From NCBI GenBank assembly GCA_963422375.2, contig OY729428.2, forward strand, positions 1,728,001-1,792,000: a stretch of DNA of 64,000 bases. Reading direction: 5' to 3'. This stretch comes from Bryobacterales bacterium. GTDB lineage: Bacteria; Acidobacteriota; Terriglobia; Bryobacterales; UBA6623. Below the pieces are notes generated by a model. That model was given only the letters and a program-made list of their open reading frames with translations. It made no database searches and was not told where the DNA came from. Position 1 is the stretch's first letter. Every line of letters starts with the position of its first letter. This document shows, in pieces, positions 1 through 7,831 of the stretch. The translations under genes and the position numbers were made by a program.

Positions 1-265
1 GACGCGCCCGGCCGGATTCGTTCGGGGGGTGTCGGATAACCAGCGCTCGACGGTCCCTTCCTCACGGACGGCCTGTCCAAGAGTCGATCGCTGGGAGGGT
101 CCTGCTCATGGGATCCCCCTCTACCATCCTCGACGATTTCGCCCTCTCCGCCCGGCCGGGGCATCGCCGAGCGTCGTGCGGCGCGCTGTTCGACCGCCGC
201 GGCAAGCACAGTCCGTTGGCGGCAGGACCTCGGCTGGACAAGGCTTCAGATATGCCGCGCCCAGA

Positions 266-271
266 TATAAT
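266..271 (+). promoter_or_regulatory. Sigma70 -10 box (TATAAT) 6 nt before the sppA TTG; possible leaderless transcript
   Basis: Perfect TATAAT in a very GC-rich context immediately upstream of the probable start. Confidence 0.5.
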
Positions 272-277
272 GGGAGC

Positions 278-2053
278 TTGAAGGACTCTACCGCCACATT
301 CATCAAGGGAGTCGTCGCAGGAATTCTGTTGGTCGTTCTCGGCCTCGGCTTGATCGCGATGATCGTTCTCTTCGCGGGTCGCGGCGAAGATGACCTTCCT
401 GCGGAAGCCGCCCTCGTGCTGCGGCTGCAGGGCTCCGTCCCCGAGCACGCTGACGCCGAGCTTCCCAGCTTCCTGCCGGGGCAGCCCGGCGGCCCTTCCG
501 TTACGCTGTACGACCTGACCGAGGCAGTCCGGCGGGCTGCGGACGACGAGCGGGTCAAGGCCTTGGTTCTGCGGTGCGACGGGTCGAGTGCGGGGTGGGC
601 CAAGGCCCAGGAGATCCGCTGGGCGATTCAGGCATTCAAGGAATCGGGCAAGCCGGTGTGGGCGTACCTCGCCCAGAGTGGCAGGGAGGGCTACTACATC
701 GCTTCGCTTGCGGACAGGGTGTTTATGCAGCCGCAGAGCTTCCTCAATCTGAGCGGGCTCCGTGCGGAGGTGATGTTCTTTAAGGGCAGCTTGGACAAGC
801 TTGGCGTGGAGTCGGATCTCGTTAGGAGCGGCAAGTACAAGAGTGCTGGCGAGCCGTTCTCGCGCGAGGAGATGTCTCCGGAATGGAGGGAGGCCCTCAA
901 CTCGACGCTCGACGAGTTCTACGACCAGCTGCTGGATGGGATTGCCGAGGGGCGCGGCGAGGATGCCGCACACTGGCGGGCGATTCTTGACGAGGGTCCG
1001 TTCACCGCCGGGGGCGCTGAAGCACATGGCCTTGCAGACGAGGTGGTGTACGAGGACGTTTTCTTTGACCGCTTGGGCGAGTCCCTCGAAGTCGAGGACA
1101 TCGAGAGGGTCAGCCTTCCTCGGTACGCCGCTGACGCATCCACGCGGGGACAGCGCGGAGGCAAGACCGTCGCGATGTTCCACGCGATTGGCACGATCAG
1201 CTCGGGCGAGAGCTGGACGGATCCGTTCGGCGGCGGCAGCGAGGTCCTCGGGGCGGACACGTTCGAGTCCCAGCTCGAGCGGCTGCGCGACGACGACAGC
1301 ATCGACGGCGTGATCTTGCGCATCGACTCGCCCGGCGGCGACGCAATCGCTTCGGACAAGATGCTGCGCGCCGTGCGGCGGCTCCGAGAGGAAAAGCCTC
1401 TTGTCGTGTCGATGTCGACCTTAGCCGCTTCGGGCGGATACTACATCGCGTCCGTTCCGGACGCTCCCATCGTCGCGTACCCGGGTACCTATACCGGTTC
1501 CATCGGCGTATTCACGATCCATTTCAACCTGAAGGACCTCTACGGCAAACTCGGGATCACGAAGGAGATCCTGACACGGGGGCGCTTCGCGGCAATCGAA
1601 TCCGATTACAAGGCCCTGACCGCCGAAGAGCGCGAGAAGCTCGCGCGCTATGTCGATGACATCTACGACGCCTTCGTTGCGAACGTTTCCGAAGGGCGCG
1701 GCATCCCGCCCGAGGCGGTGCATCCGCTTGCACAGGGCCGGGTCTGGATCGGAGCGCAGGCCGCAGAGAACGGCTTGGTCGACGAGATCGGGGGCTATGC
1801 CAAGGCCATCGAGCTGGCGAAGAATGCCCTAGGCCTGGAGTCCGATGAGTCCGTGCGAATCCTGCACTACCCGCCGCCTAGGAGCGTATTCGAGATGCTG
1901 TTCTCGGGGGGGCGCTGGACGCTGCTGAGGCAGTTGCTGGAGCCACCCGCGCTGGGCGAGGCGTACAAGACCTGGTTGCGCGGCCTCGGCTGGGCCCGGC
2001 GGATCCGAAGCGGGCCCCTGTTCATGGCGCCCTACACGCTCGAGGTGGACTAA
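278..2053 (+). CDS. sppA: Signal peptide peptidase SppA (protease IV, 67K type)
   Basis: N-terminal TM helix; two S49 domains with RSGKYKSAGEPF, LRIDSPGG, SMSTLAASGGYY, TGSIGV, AQGRVWIG. Likely start is the in-frame TTG at 278, just after TATAAT, rather than 29. Confidence 0.93.
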   Translation: MKDSTATFIKGVVAGILLVVLGLGLIAMIVLFAGRGEDDLPAEAALVLRLQGSVPEHADAELPSFLPGQPGGPSVTLYDLTEAVRRAADDERVKALVLRCDGSSAGWAKAQEIRWAIQAFKESGKPVWAYLAQSGREGYYIASLADRVFMQPQSFLNLSGLRAEVMFFKGSLDKLGVESDLVRSGKYKSAGEPFSREEMSPEWREALNSTLDEFYDQLLDGIAEGRGEDAAHWRAILDEGPFTAGGAEAHGLADEVVYEDVFFDRLGESLEVEDIERVSLPRYAADASTRGQRGGKTVAMFHAIGTISSGESWTDPFGGGSEVLGADTFESQLERLRDDDSIDGVILRIDSPGGDAIASDKMLRAVRRLREEKPLVVSMSTLAASGGYYIASVPDAPIVAYPGTYTGSIGVFTIHFNLKDLYGKLGITKEILTRGRFAAIESDYKALTAEEREKLARYVDDIYDAFVANVSEGRGIPPEAVHPLAQGRVWIGAQAAENGLVDEIGGYAKAIELAKNALGLESDESVRILHYPPPRSVFEMLFSGGRWTLLRQLLEPPALGEAYKTWLRGLGWARRIRSGPLFMAPYTLEVD

Positions 2054-2114
2054 CAGACGCGGCAGGATCGGGAACGGTTCTCAGCTTCCAGATCATGGGC
2101 TGGAACGATGCGGG

Positions 2115-2378
2115 TTGGACCCATCCTCGGATCGCGCGCCGAGTGCGGAAGGAGCCAGCGAAGTGGGACCTAGAACACTCGCGCTGATCGCTGTCTTGGC
2201 GCTCGTGCAGTCCTGTTCGTACGTGGAGTACTGCGAATTCGCAGGCTTGACAGGCATGGAGGATCACGGGTTTCGCGACGGGTACGCGGCCGGGTACCAC
2301 ACGACGTGCCGAACCCGAACTACACTCGTATGCGGACACAAGCATCCTTCGTACCAGCGAGGATACAAGCGCGGCTAG
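2115..2378 (+). CDS. Small hypothetical, possibly a lipoprotein
   Basis: Hydrophobic stretch then VQSC; GFRDGYAAGY and YQRGYKRG glycine-aromatic motifs. Confidence 0.4.
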   Translation: MDPSSDRAPSAEGASEVGPRTLALIAVLALVQSCSYVEYCEFAGLTGMEDHGFRDGYAAGYHTTCRTRTTLVCGHKHPSYQRGYKRG

Positions 2379-2890
2379 GATCACGGGGCGCGCGCGTGCC
2401 AATCGAAGTCCGCGCAGGACAGGAAGCAGCGGCACGACCGGCCAGCGCCGATATCCGAGGTTGCATCCGCGTCGCACGACCGGCCCGTGGCGCCTGAGCC
2501 ATGTTGGCTGAGCTAACGCATGGCCCGCGACCTGTTCGATTTTCTTGGAATTCTTAACATAAGGAAGTGGCGGCAGCGAATCCCGCCCCGCTGCATCCGC
2601 TTTTCGCTACCGTCGGGGCGGGCAGGGCGACAACGGGCGGCAACACGATCTCGAGCCGCTTTGGGTCGACCTGCCCTGGGCAGTCAGACTTGACGTGCCC
2701 CCGACTTCCCGTCGCGCAGCGGTCCGCTTTCGGTCTGCAACACGCGCTCCCGCGGGCAGGGTGACCTTCGGAGCGATTCGGGTGCCTAGCCCCCCGGGCA
2801 TTTCGGCCTGCGTCCGGAGGGCCGACCGGACGATACAATGAGGCGAGGCTCGCGGTTCGGCTCCGGAATCAGCGCAGCAGGGGTTAGGTC

Positions 2891-3451
2891 TTGAACGTAC
2901 AAGCGACGCAGCTTCGGCCAGGCATGGTCATCCGCTACAACGGCGACATCTGCACCGTTCACCGGACGGAGCATCGGACACCGGGCAACAAGCGGGGCTT
3001 CGTCCAGACCAAGATGCGCAACCATCGCTCGGGCGCGATGGTGGAGGAGAAGTTCTCCTCGGAAGACTTCGTGCCCAAAGTCACCCTGGAATCGCAGGAA
3101 ATGCAGTACCTGTACTCCGACGCTGGCGCCTACCACCTGATGAATACGGAGAATTACGAGCAGATCGAACTGACTAAGGAGCAGCTCGGCGACCAAGTGA
3201 ACTACATGATCGAGGATACGGTTGTGCGGGTGCAGTTCCTAGACGGCGTGGCATTCAATCTAGATCTTCCGTCGTCCGTCGAACTGACGGTCGTCGAAAC
3301 CGAGCCGGCGATCAAGGGGGCGACGGTTACGAACGTCAGCAAGCCCGCCAAGACCGAGACCGGCTTGGTCGTGCAGGTTCCTCCGTTTATCAAGGAAGGC
3401 GAGATGATCCGCGTCAATACATCGGACGGCAGCTACCTTGGCAGGGCCTGA
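2891..3451 (+). CDS. efp: Elongation factor P
   Basis: 186 aa; HRTPGNKRGFVQTKMRN, QYLY, KPAKTETGLVVQVPPFI, YLGRA C-terminus; TTG start. Confidence 0.97.
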   Translation: MNVQATQLRPGMVIRYNGDICTVHRTEHRTPGNKRGFVQTKMRNHRSGAMVEEKFSSEDFVPKVTLESQEMQYLYSDAGAYHLMNTENYEQIELTKEQLGDQVNYMIEDTVVRVQFLDGVAFNLDLPSSVELTVVETEPAIKGATVTNVSKPAKTETGLVVQVPPFIKEGEMIRVNTSDGSYLGRA

Positions 3452-3468
3452 GGTCCTGCTCGCTTGGC

Positions 3469-4881
3469 TCACTCGCCGCGAAGCGCGGCTTCCAATTCGA
3501 GCACCGCGTCGAGAACGATGTAGTCGGCGTGAGGACGGCCGACGATCTGGACGCCGATCGGCAGCCCTTCCGGAGACTTGCCCACCGGAGCGGTGGCTGC
3601 GGGGACTCCGAGCAGGTTGAAGACCTGGCTATAGACGAAGGCGTCGGGGTAGCCGACCTTCTCCCCGTCAATGCTCCAGGCCCGCTCGCCGTGACGGAAC
3701 GCCGGGATGGCCGCCACTGGGCAAAGGAGGAGCGGATACCTTTTCATTTGGTCGATGAGCCTCGCCCGCATCTGGTCCTGCAGGACCCAACCCGCGAGCA
3801 GGTCACGGAAGCCGCACGCGGCCTCCTCCTCGTCCGTCGCGAGAAGGTCGTAGGCAAGCGGATGCAGCCGGTAGCCGCTTGGAACCGAGGTCTCGATCAG
3901 GGCCTTGAGCCCGATCATGAACTGTTGGCGCCACACGCGCGGCGCCTCGTCGAGTCCCTTCAACTCGACGCGCTCCATTCTGAAGCCCCGAGTCCCCAGC
4001 GCCTTGGCGGCCTCTCGCACTGCGGCACGGGTCGCGGGGGTCACCGGCGTGCCCCACGCATGGTCGAACCATCCGATGCGCTGCTGGCGGATCATGGCTA
4101 TGTCGATCGGCTTGAACTCCTCTCGCAAGGACGGATTCAGGGACGAGATGTCGCCGTCGTCATGTTGATCCGCGCTGGAAAAGAGATCTTTGAGGTCTGC
4201 GGCGGTGCGGGTGATCGGGCCGATTGCGGCCAGCGTTGTCGAAGGGCCCGCGACGGGCGGCCAGTGCCCGGATCGCGGGATCGCGCCGGGAGTCGGCTTG
4301 AACCCGTACAAGCCGCAGAAGTGCGCCGGAACGCGCACCGAGCCGCCGGCGTCGCTTCCGAACGCGGCCGTTGCGAATCCGGCTGCCACGGCGGCAGCGT
4401 CGCCACCGCTCGACCCGCCGGGCGTGAACTCGCCATTGAGGGGCGAGATTGTCCGTCCGTAGAGCGCGTTGTCTGTCTCATAGGCCAGAAGGAACTCCGG
4501 AACATTCGTCGATCCTAGGACCGTCGCGCCACCCTCCTTGAGCCACTTGACGATGGGGGCATCGTGCAAGGCCACTCGGCCGCGGCGCAAGGGCGTCCCG
4601 CATTCGTGCCGAAATCCCTTCACCGCGATTGAACTCTTGATGGTGATCAGGATGCCCTCGCTGTAGGCTCGCGTGGAGCGTACGGCACGCTTGTCGAATG
4701 CCTCCGCTCGCTCGCGCGCCCTGTCGGCCTGAAGGTCGACGATGGCATTGATTTCCGGATTCAGCTTGGCCGTCCGACCTATGTGGGCCTCGATGACCTG
4801 GAGCGACGAGACTTCGCGCTGCTGCACTAAGCGTCTGATGTCCGTCGCTCCGAGACGGGTCAGTTCGGATTCCGCGGGCAT
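3469..4881 (-). CDS. Amidase-signature family enzyme
   Basis: ITIKSS, TPGGSSGG, GSDAGGSVRVPAHFCGLYGFKPT, GLPIGVQIVG. Confidence 0.93.
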   Translation of the reverse strand: MPAESELTRLGATDIRRLVQQREVSSLQVIEAHIGRTAKLNPEINAIVDLQADRARERAEAFDKRAVRSTRAYSEGILITIKSSIAVKGFRHECGTPLRRGRVALHDAPIVKWLKEGGATVLGSTNVPEFLLAYETDNALYGRTISPLNGEFTPGGSSGGDAAAVAAGFATAAFGSDAGGSVRVPAHFCGLYGFKPTPGAIPRSGHWPPVAGPSTTLAAIGPITRTAADLKDLFSSADQHDDGDISSLNPSLREEFKPIDIAMIRQQRIGWFDHAWGTPVTPATRAAVREAAKALGTRGFRMERVELKGLDEAPRVWRQQFMIGLKALIETSVPSGYRLHPLAYDLLATDEEEAACGFRDLLAGWVLQDQMRARLIDQMKRYPLLLCPVAAIPAFRHGERAWSIDGEKVGYPDAFVYSQVFNLLGVPAATAPVGKSPEGLPIGVQIVGRPHADYIVLDAVLELEAALRGE

Positions 4882-5227
4882 CTTCTCAACCTAACAGTAG
4901 AGCGCTGATAGCCCGGCGTCGCGCTGCCCTGTGGGCGTTCGGGCGAGTTGCGGACAGGTGGACTCCCCGCGGCGGGATCTCTGGCGATGCACCCGCATAC
5001 TTCCGCGGTGGCCTGCCACACGTTCTGACTTGAAGCAGGGGAGAAGCCGTATACGCCAGCGCGAAGGTGCGGATTTGCGGGGCGGGAGTCCACCAGAGAG
5101 CGAAATTCTGGGACATGAATGCCGTACTAGATACATTCAGTGCGCTCTGGCCGCCATCGATAGCACTGCATGTAGATATGGGTCGCGAGGGGCGGCCAGA
5201 GCGTCGTGTCCCGGGGAGAGGACGGCC

Positions 5228-5632
5228 GTGACATCACCTACGATCCCCAGCGAGGGTGCTCTACGCCAAGAGTGGGAGCGAGCCTTGGACTGCGACGGCG
5301 TTCAGGCTGTCCCGAACCTGCCGATCGAACGCCAAGCCTCTTTGGGCATCTCAAGCAGGGACCTCGGGGTGCTACTGCACCTCACCTGCTTCTGGTGGAC
5401 GCCGGACCGAGATCCTCATCCAAGGCCCGGATTGATCGCAGACCAAATGGGTCTCCACCGGCGGACTGTCGAGCGCAGCTTGCAGCGAATTGAGCAGAAG
5501 GGTCTGGTCACTCGAAAAAGAGCGGATAAAACGGACGGGCACAGTGGTGTGTTCCCGGTCAGCTTGGCACCATTGGCCAACAGGTTGACTGCGATTGCGG
5601 ACTCCGTGCTTCAGAGGCGTCGGATTGAGTGA
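5228..5632 (+). CDS. Winged helix-turn-helix protein, phage/plasmid replication-initiator-like (DnaD-N/HTH_36-like)
   Basis: AVPNL..ERQASLGIS...LLHL..FWW....PHP....IADQMGLHRRTVERSLQRIEQKGLV pattern; probable GTG start at 5228. Confidence 0.65.
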   Translation: MTSPTIPSEGALRQEWERALDCDGVQAVPNLPIERQASLGISSRDLGVLLHLTCFWWTPDRDPHPRPGLIADQMGLHRRTVERSLQRIEQKGLVTRKRADKTDGHSGVFPVSLAPLANRLTAIADSVLQRRRIE

Positions 5633-5634
5633 CG

Positions 5635-5962
5635 ATGACGATACGCGGTTTCCAGTACAAGCGTCTACGACGCCTCCACACGAGATTGGTGACGTTCAAG
5701 AGATTCCGCCACAGTCCGTTGAAAAGGTCCGAGCGATCCTCGCCTCCTAGACCAAGCCGACGAACCCACCGACTTGGACGTCCAGGGCCACGGGCTGCAT
5801 CCTATCAATAGTGTTCCCAACGGGTGGAACGTCCGCGTGTCCGCCAACTGGTGTTTGATTTCTCGGTATGAAGATCGCGAGGCGCACCAAGTAGACCTAG
5901 TTGACTGCCATTACGGCGAGTGGCTCGCCTTGGCACAGCGCAAGACATCGGTACGAGTTTAG
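5635..5962 (+). pseudogene. higB: HigB (RelE-family) toxin, frameshifted
   Basis: MTIRGFQYKRLRRL in one frame and LDVQGHGLHP...WNVRVSANW.L..RYEDREAHQVDLVDCH in another. Confidence 0.8.
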
Positions 5963-6002
5963 GAAGTCTCGAGGACTACCATTGGAATGGTAGTTCGCTA
6001 GG

Positions 6003-6170
6003 GTGATGCATGATCCGCCTCATCCGGGCCTGAACATCCGCAAAGGCTGGATGGTCGACGGGATCTCGGTCTCCGAGGCCGCCGCACGGGCCGGCGTGCG
6101 GCCGGAGACCCTACACCGGGTGATTGACGGGCGAGACGCGATCTCGCCGGACTCGGCAGGCCAGAGACGG
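6003..6170 (+). pseudogene. higA: HigA antitoxin (HTH_3), truncated
   Basis: MHDPPHPG...GISVSEAAARAGVRPETLHRVIDGRDAISPD; similarity is lost after this; follows higB. Confidence 0.75.
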
Positions 6171-6258
6171 GCACGAAAGCGCCAAGGCGGCCTTGGACTT
6201 GCCGTCAATCGGGTCGCGTCACGCGCCGCGCTCGAGGCACTGTATGCTGATAGGCGCA

Positions 6259-6894
6259 ATGAGAACGACCATCCTCGCGCTGGCCGCCTTGGCGTACCTC
6301 GGGTGCGGGCCGTCCGGCCCGCCACAGGAACAGCTCTTCAACGGGTCGGATCTGACCGGCTGGCGGCATGTGGGGCCCGGCGGCTTCTCCGTCGAGGAGG
6401 GCGCACTGAAGACCTCCGGCGGGATGGGCCTGCTCGTGTACGACGGCAAGCCCATCGGGAACGCCGTCCTTAGGGTGGTTTACAAGCCCGAGTCGCCGGA
6501 CTCGAACGCCGGTGTCTTCATTCGCGTTCCCGTTCCGCCACGGGATCCTTGGTTCGCTGTTCACAAGGGATACGAGGTGCAGATTCAAGACACCGGGGAC
6601 GAGTTTCACCGCACGGGTTCCCTGTACTCCTTGGCCTCCGCCGGTACGTTCCCGCCGAGTGGCGACGGCTGGAACACGATGGAGATCTTCCTAGACGGCC
6701 AGTCCACCAAGGTCGAAGTCAACGGCACCGTGGTCAACGAGTTCGACGGCGGCCAGGAGGTCCCCGAGCGCAAGAAGTGGTTCGAGCCGCAGCGCGGTCC
6801 GCGGCCTGCCGCGGGCTACATCGGCCTTCAGAACCACGACGAAGAGTCCGTCGTGTTCTTCCGCGAGGTCAGCGTCCGCCCGCTCGCTAGATAG
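6259..6894 (+). CDS. DUF1080 / 3-keto-disaccharide hydrolase lipoprotein
   Basis: Lipobox YLGC; LFNGSDLTGW, SNAGVF, GYEVQI, WNTMEI, GYIGLQNH. Confidence 0.9.
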   Translation: MRTTILALAALAYLGCGPSGPPQEQLFNGSDLTGWRHVGPGGFSVEEGALKTSGGMGLLVYDGKPIGNAVLRVVYKPESPDSNAGVFIRVPVPPRDPWFAVHKGYEVQIQDTGDEFHRTGSLYSLASAGTFPPSGDGWNTMEIFLDGQSTKVEVNGTVVNEFDGGQEVPERKKWFEPQRGPRPAAGYIGLQNHDEESVVFFREVSVRPLAR

Positions 6895-6925
6895 CGTTCC
6901 GACCGGCCGGCGACGCCCGCGGCCC

Positions 6926-7783
6926 TCAGCGCGCCACCTCGCGGCGGGTTACGCAGGCATGTAGTTCGCCGACTCCCCCGATGCGAGCTTCCACCGTGTC
7001 GCCCGGGCGGATTCTGGCCCCCTTCGGGCAGCCGGTCGAGAGTACGTCGCCCGGCTCGAAGGTCATGACGCGCGTGTGGAACGCGGCCAGCTGCATCGGA
7101 CGGTGCTTCATATTCGCCACGTAGTCGTGCGAGAACAGGCGCGAGTTATGCACTGTCTGCACCTCCAGTGCGTCCACGTCCTCGATCTCGTCCGCCGTCA
7201 CGATGACCGGCCCGAAGGAGAAGAAGGTGTCGAAGCTCTTGGCCCGCTGCAGGTAGCGGGTGTTGCGCGCGAGGACATCGAGCGCCGTCATGTCGAGTGC
7301 CGTCGTGTAGCCGAACAGCACGCTCGGCACGTCTTCCAGCGGCACGTCCCGGCAGCGCCTGCCGAAGACCAGGGCCAGCTCGCCCTCGGCGTCGACATCC
7401 TGCGAGAGATCCTCGGGCGGAAGCTCGATCGCCCCTCCCGGCTCGAAGAACGAGGAGGAAGGCTTCATGAAGCTCCCCGGCTCCTCCGGCTGCACCTCGC
7501 TGAGGTCCTCGGCATGCGACTTGTAGTTGAGTCCGATGCACCAGACTTTGCCCGGCCGGGAGTACGGGAGTCGCAGACGGGCCTCCTCGAGCGGGATCTC
7601 GGCTTTGAGGCCTTGGGCCAGCGCCCGCAGGGCCTGTCCCGCCCCGGACGCGATCAGGGCGTGCATCTCGACCGGAAAATCGGCGCCGCGCCGCGCGTTG
7701 ACCTGGCTCACCGGCAGGATCCTGCCGTCTCTCAGGATGCCTGCCTCGCAGGCCCCGGCATGCTCGAAAGTGCAGAGTCTCAT
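6926..7783 (-). CDS. Fumarylacetoacetate hydrolase family protein
   Basis: CIGLNYKSH, FMKP, DAEGELA, RAKSFDTF, EPGDVLSTG. Confidence 0.92.
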   Translation of the reverse strand: MRLCTFEHAGACEAGILRDGRILPVSQVNARRGADFPVEMHALIASGAGQALRALAQGLKAEIPLEEARLRLPYSRPGKVWCIGLNYKSHAEDLSEVQPEEPGSFMKPSSSFFEPGGAIELPPEDLSQDVDAEGELALVFGRRCRDVPLEDVPSVLFGYTTALDMTALDVLARNTRYLQRAKSFDTFFSFGPVIVTADEIEDVDALEVQTVHNSRLFSHDYVANMKHRPMQLAAFHTRVMTFEPGDVLSTGCPKGARIRPGDTVEARIGGVGELHACVTRREVAR

Positions 7784-7831
7784 CGAACTTCCATCGTAGC
7801 CGGGCTGACGGTCGTCCCGGGCGGCGAGGGC

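Noticed and set aside
2500..2885. Structured ncRNA upstream of efp
   Set aside because: GC-rich pairings are possible but no recognisable tRNA, 6S, SRP, tmRNA or riboswitch consensus
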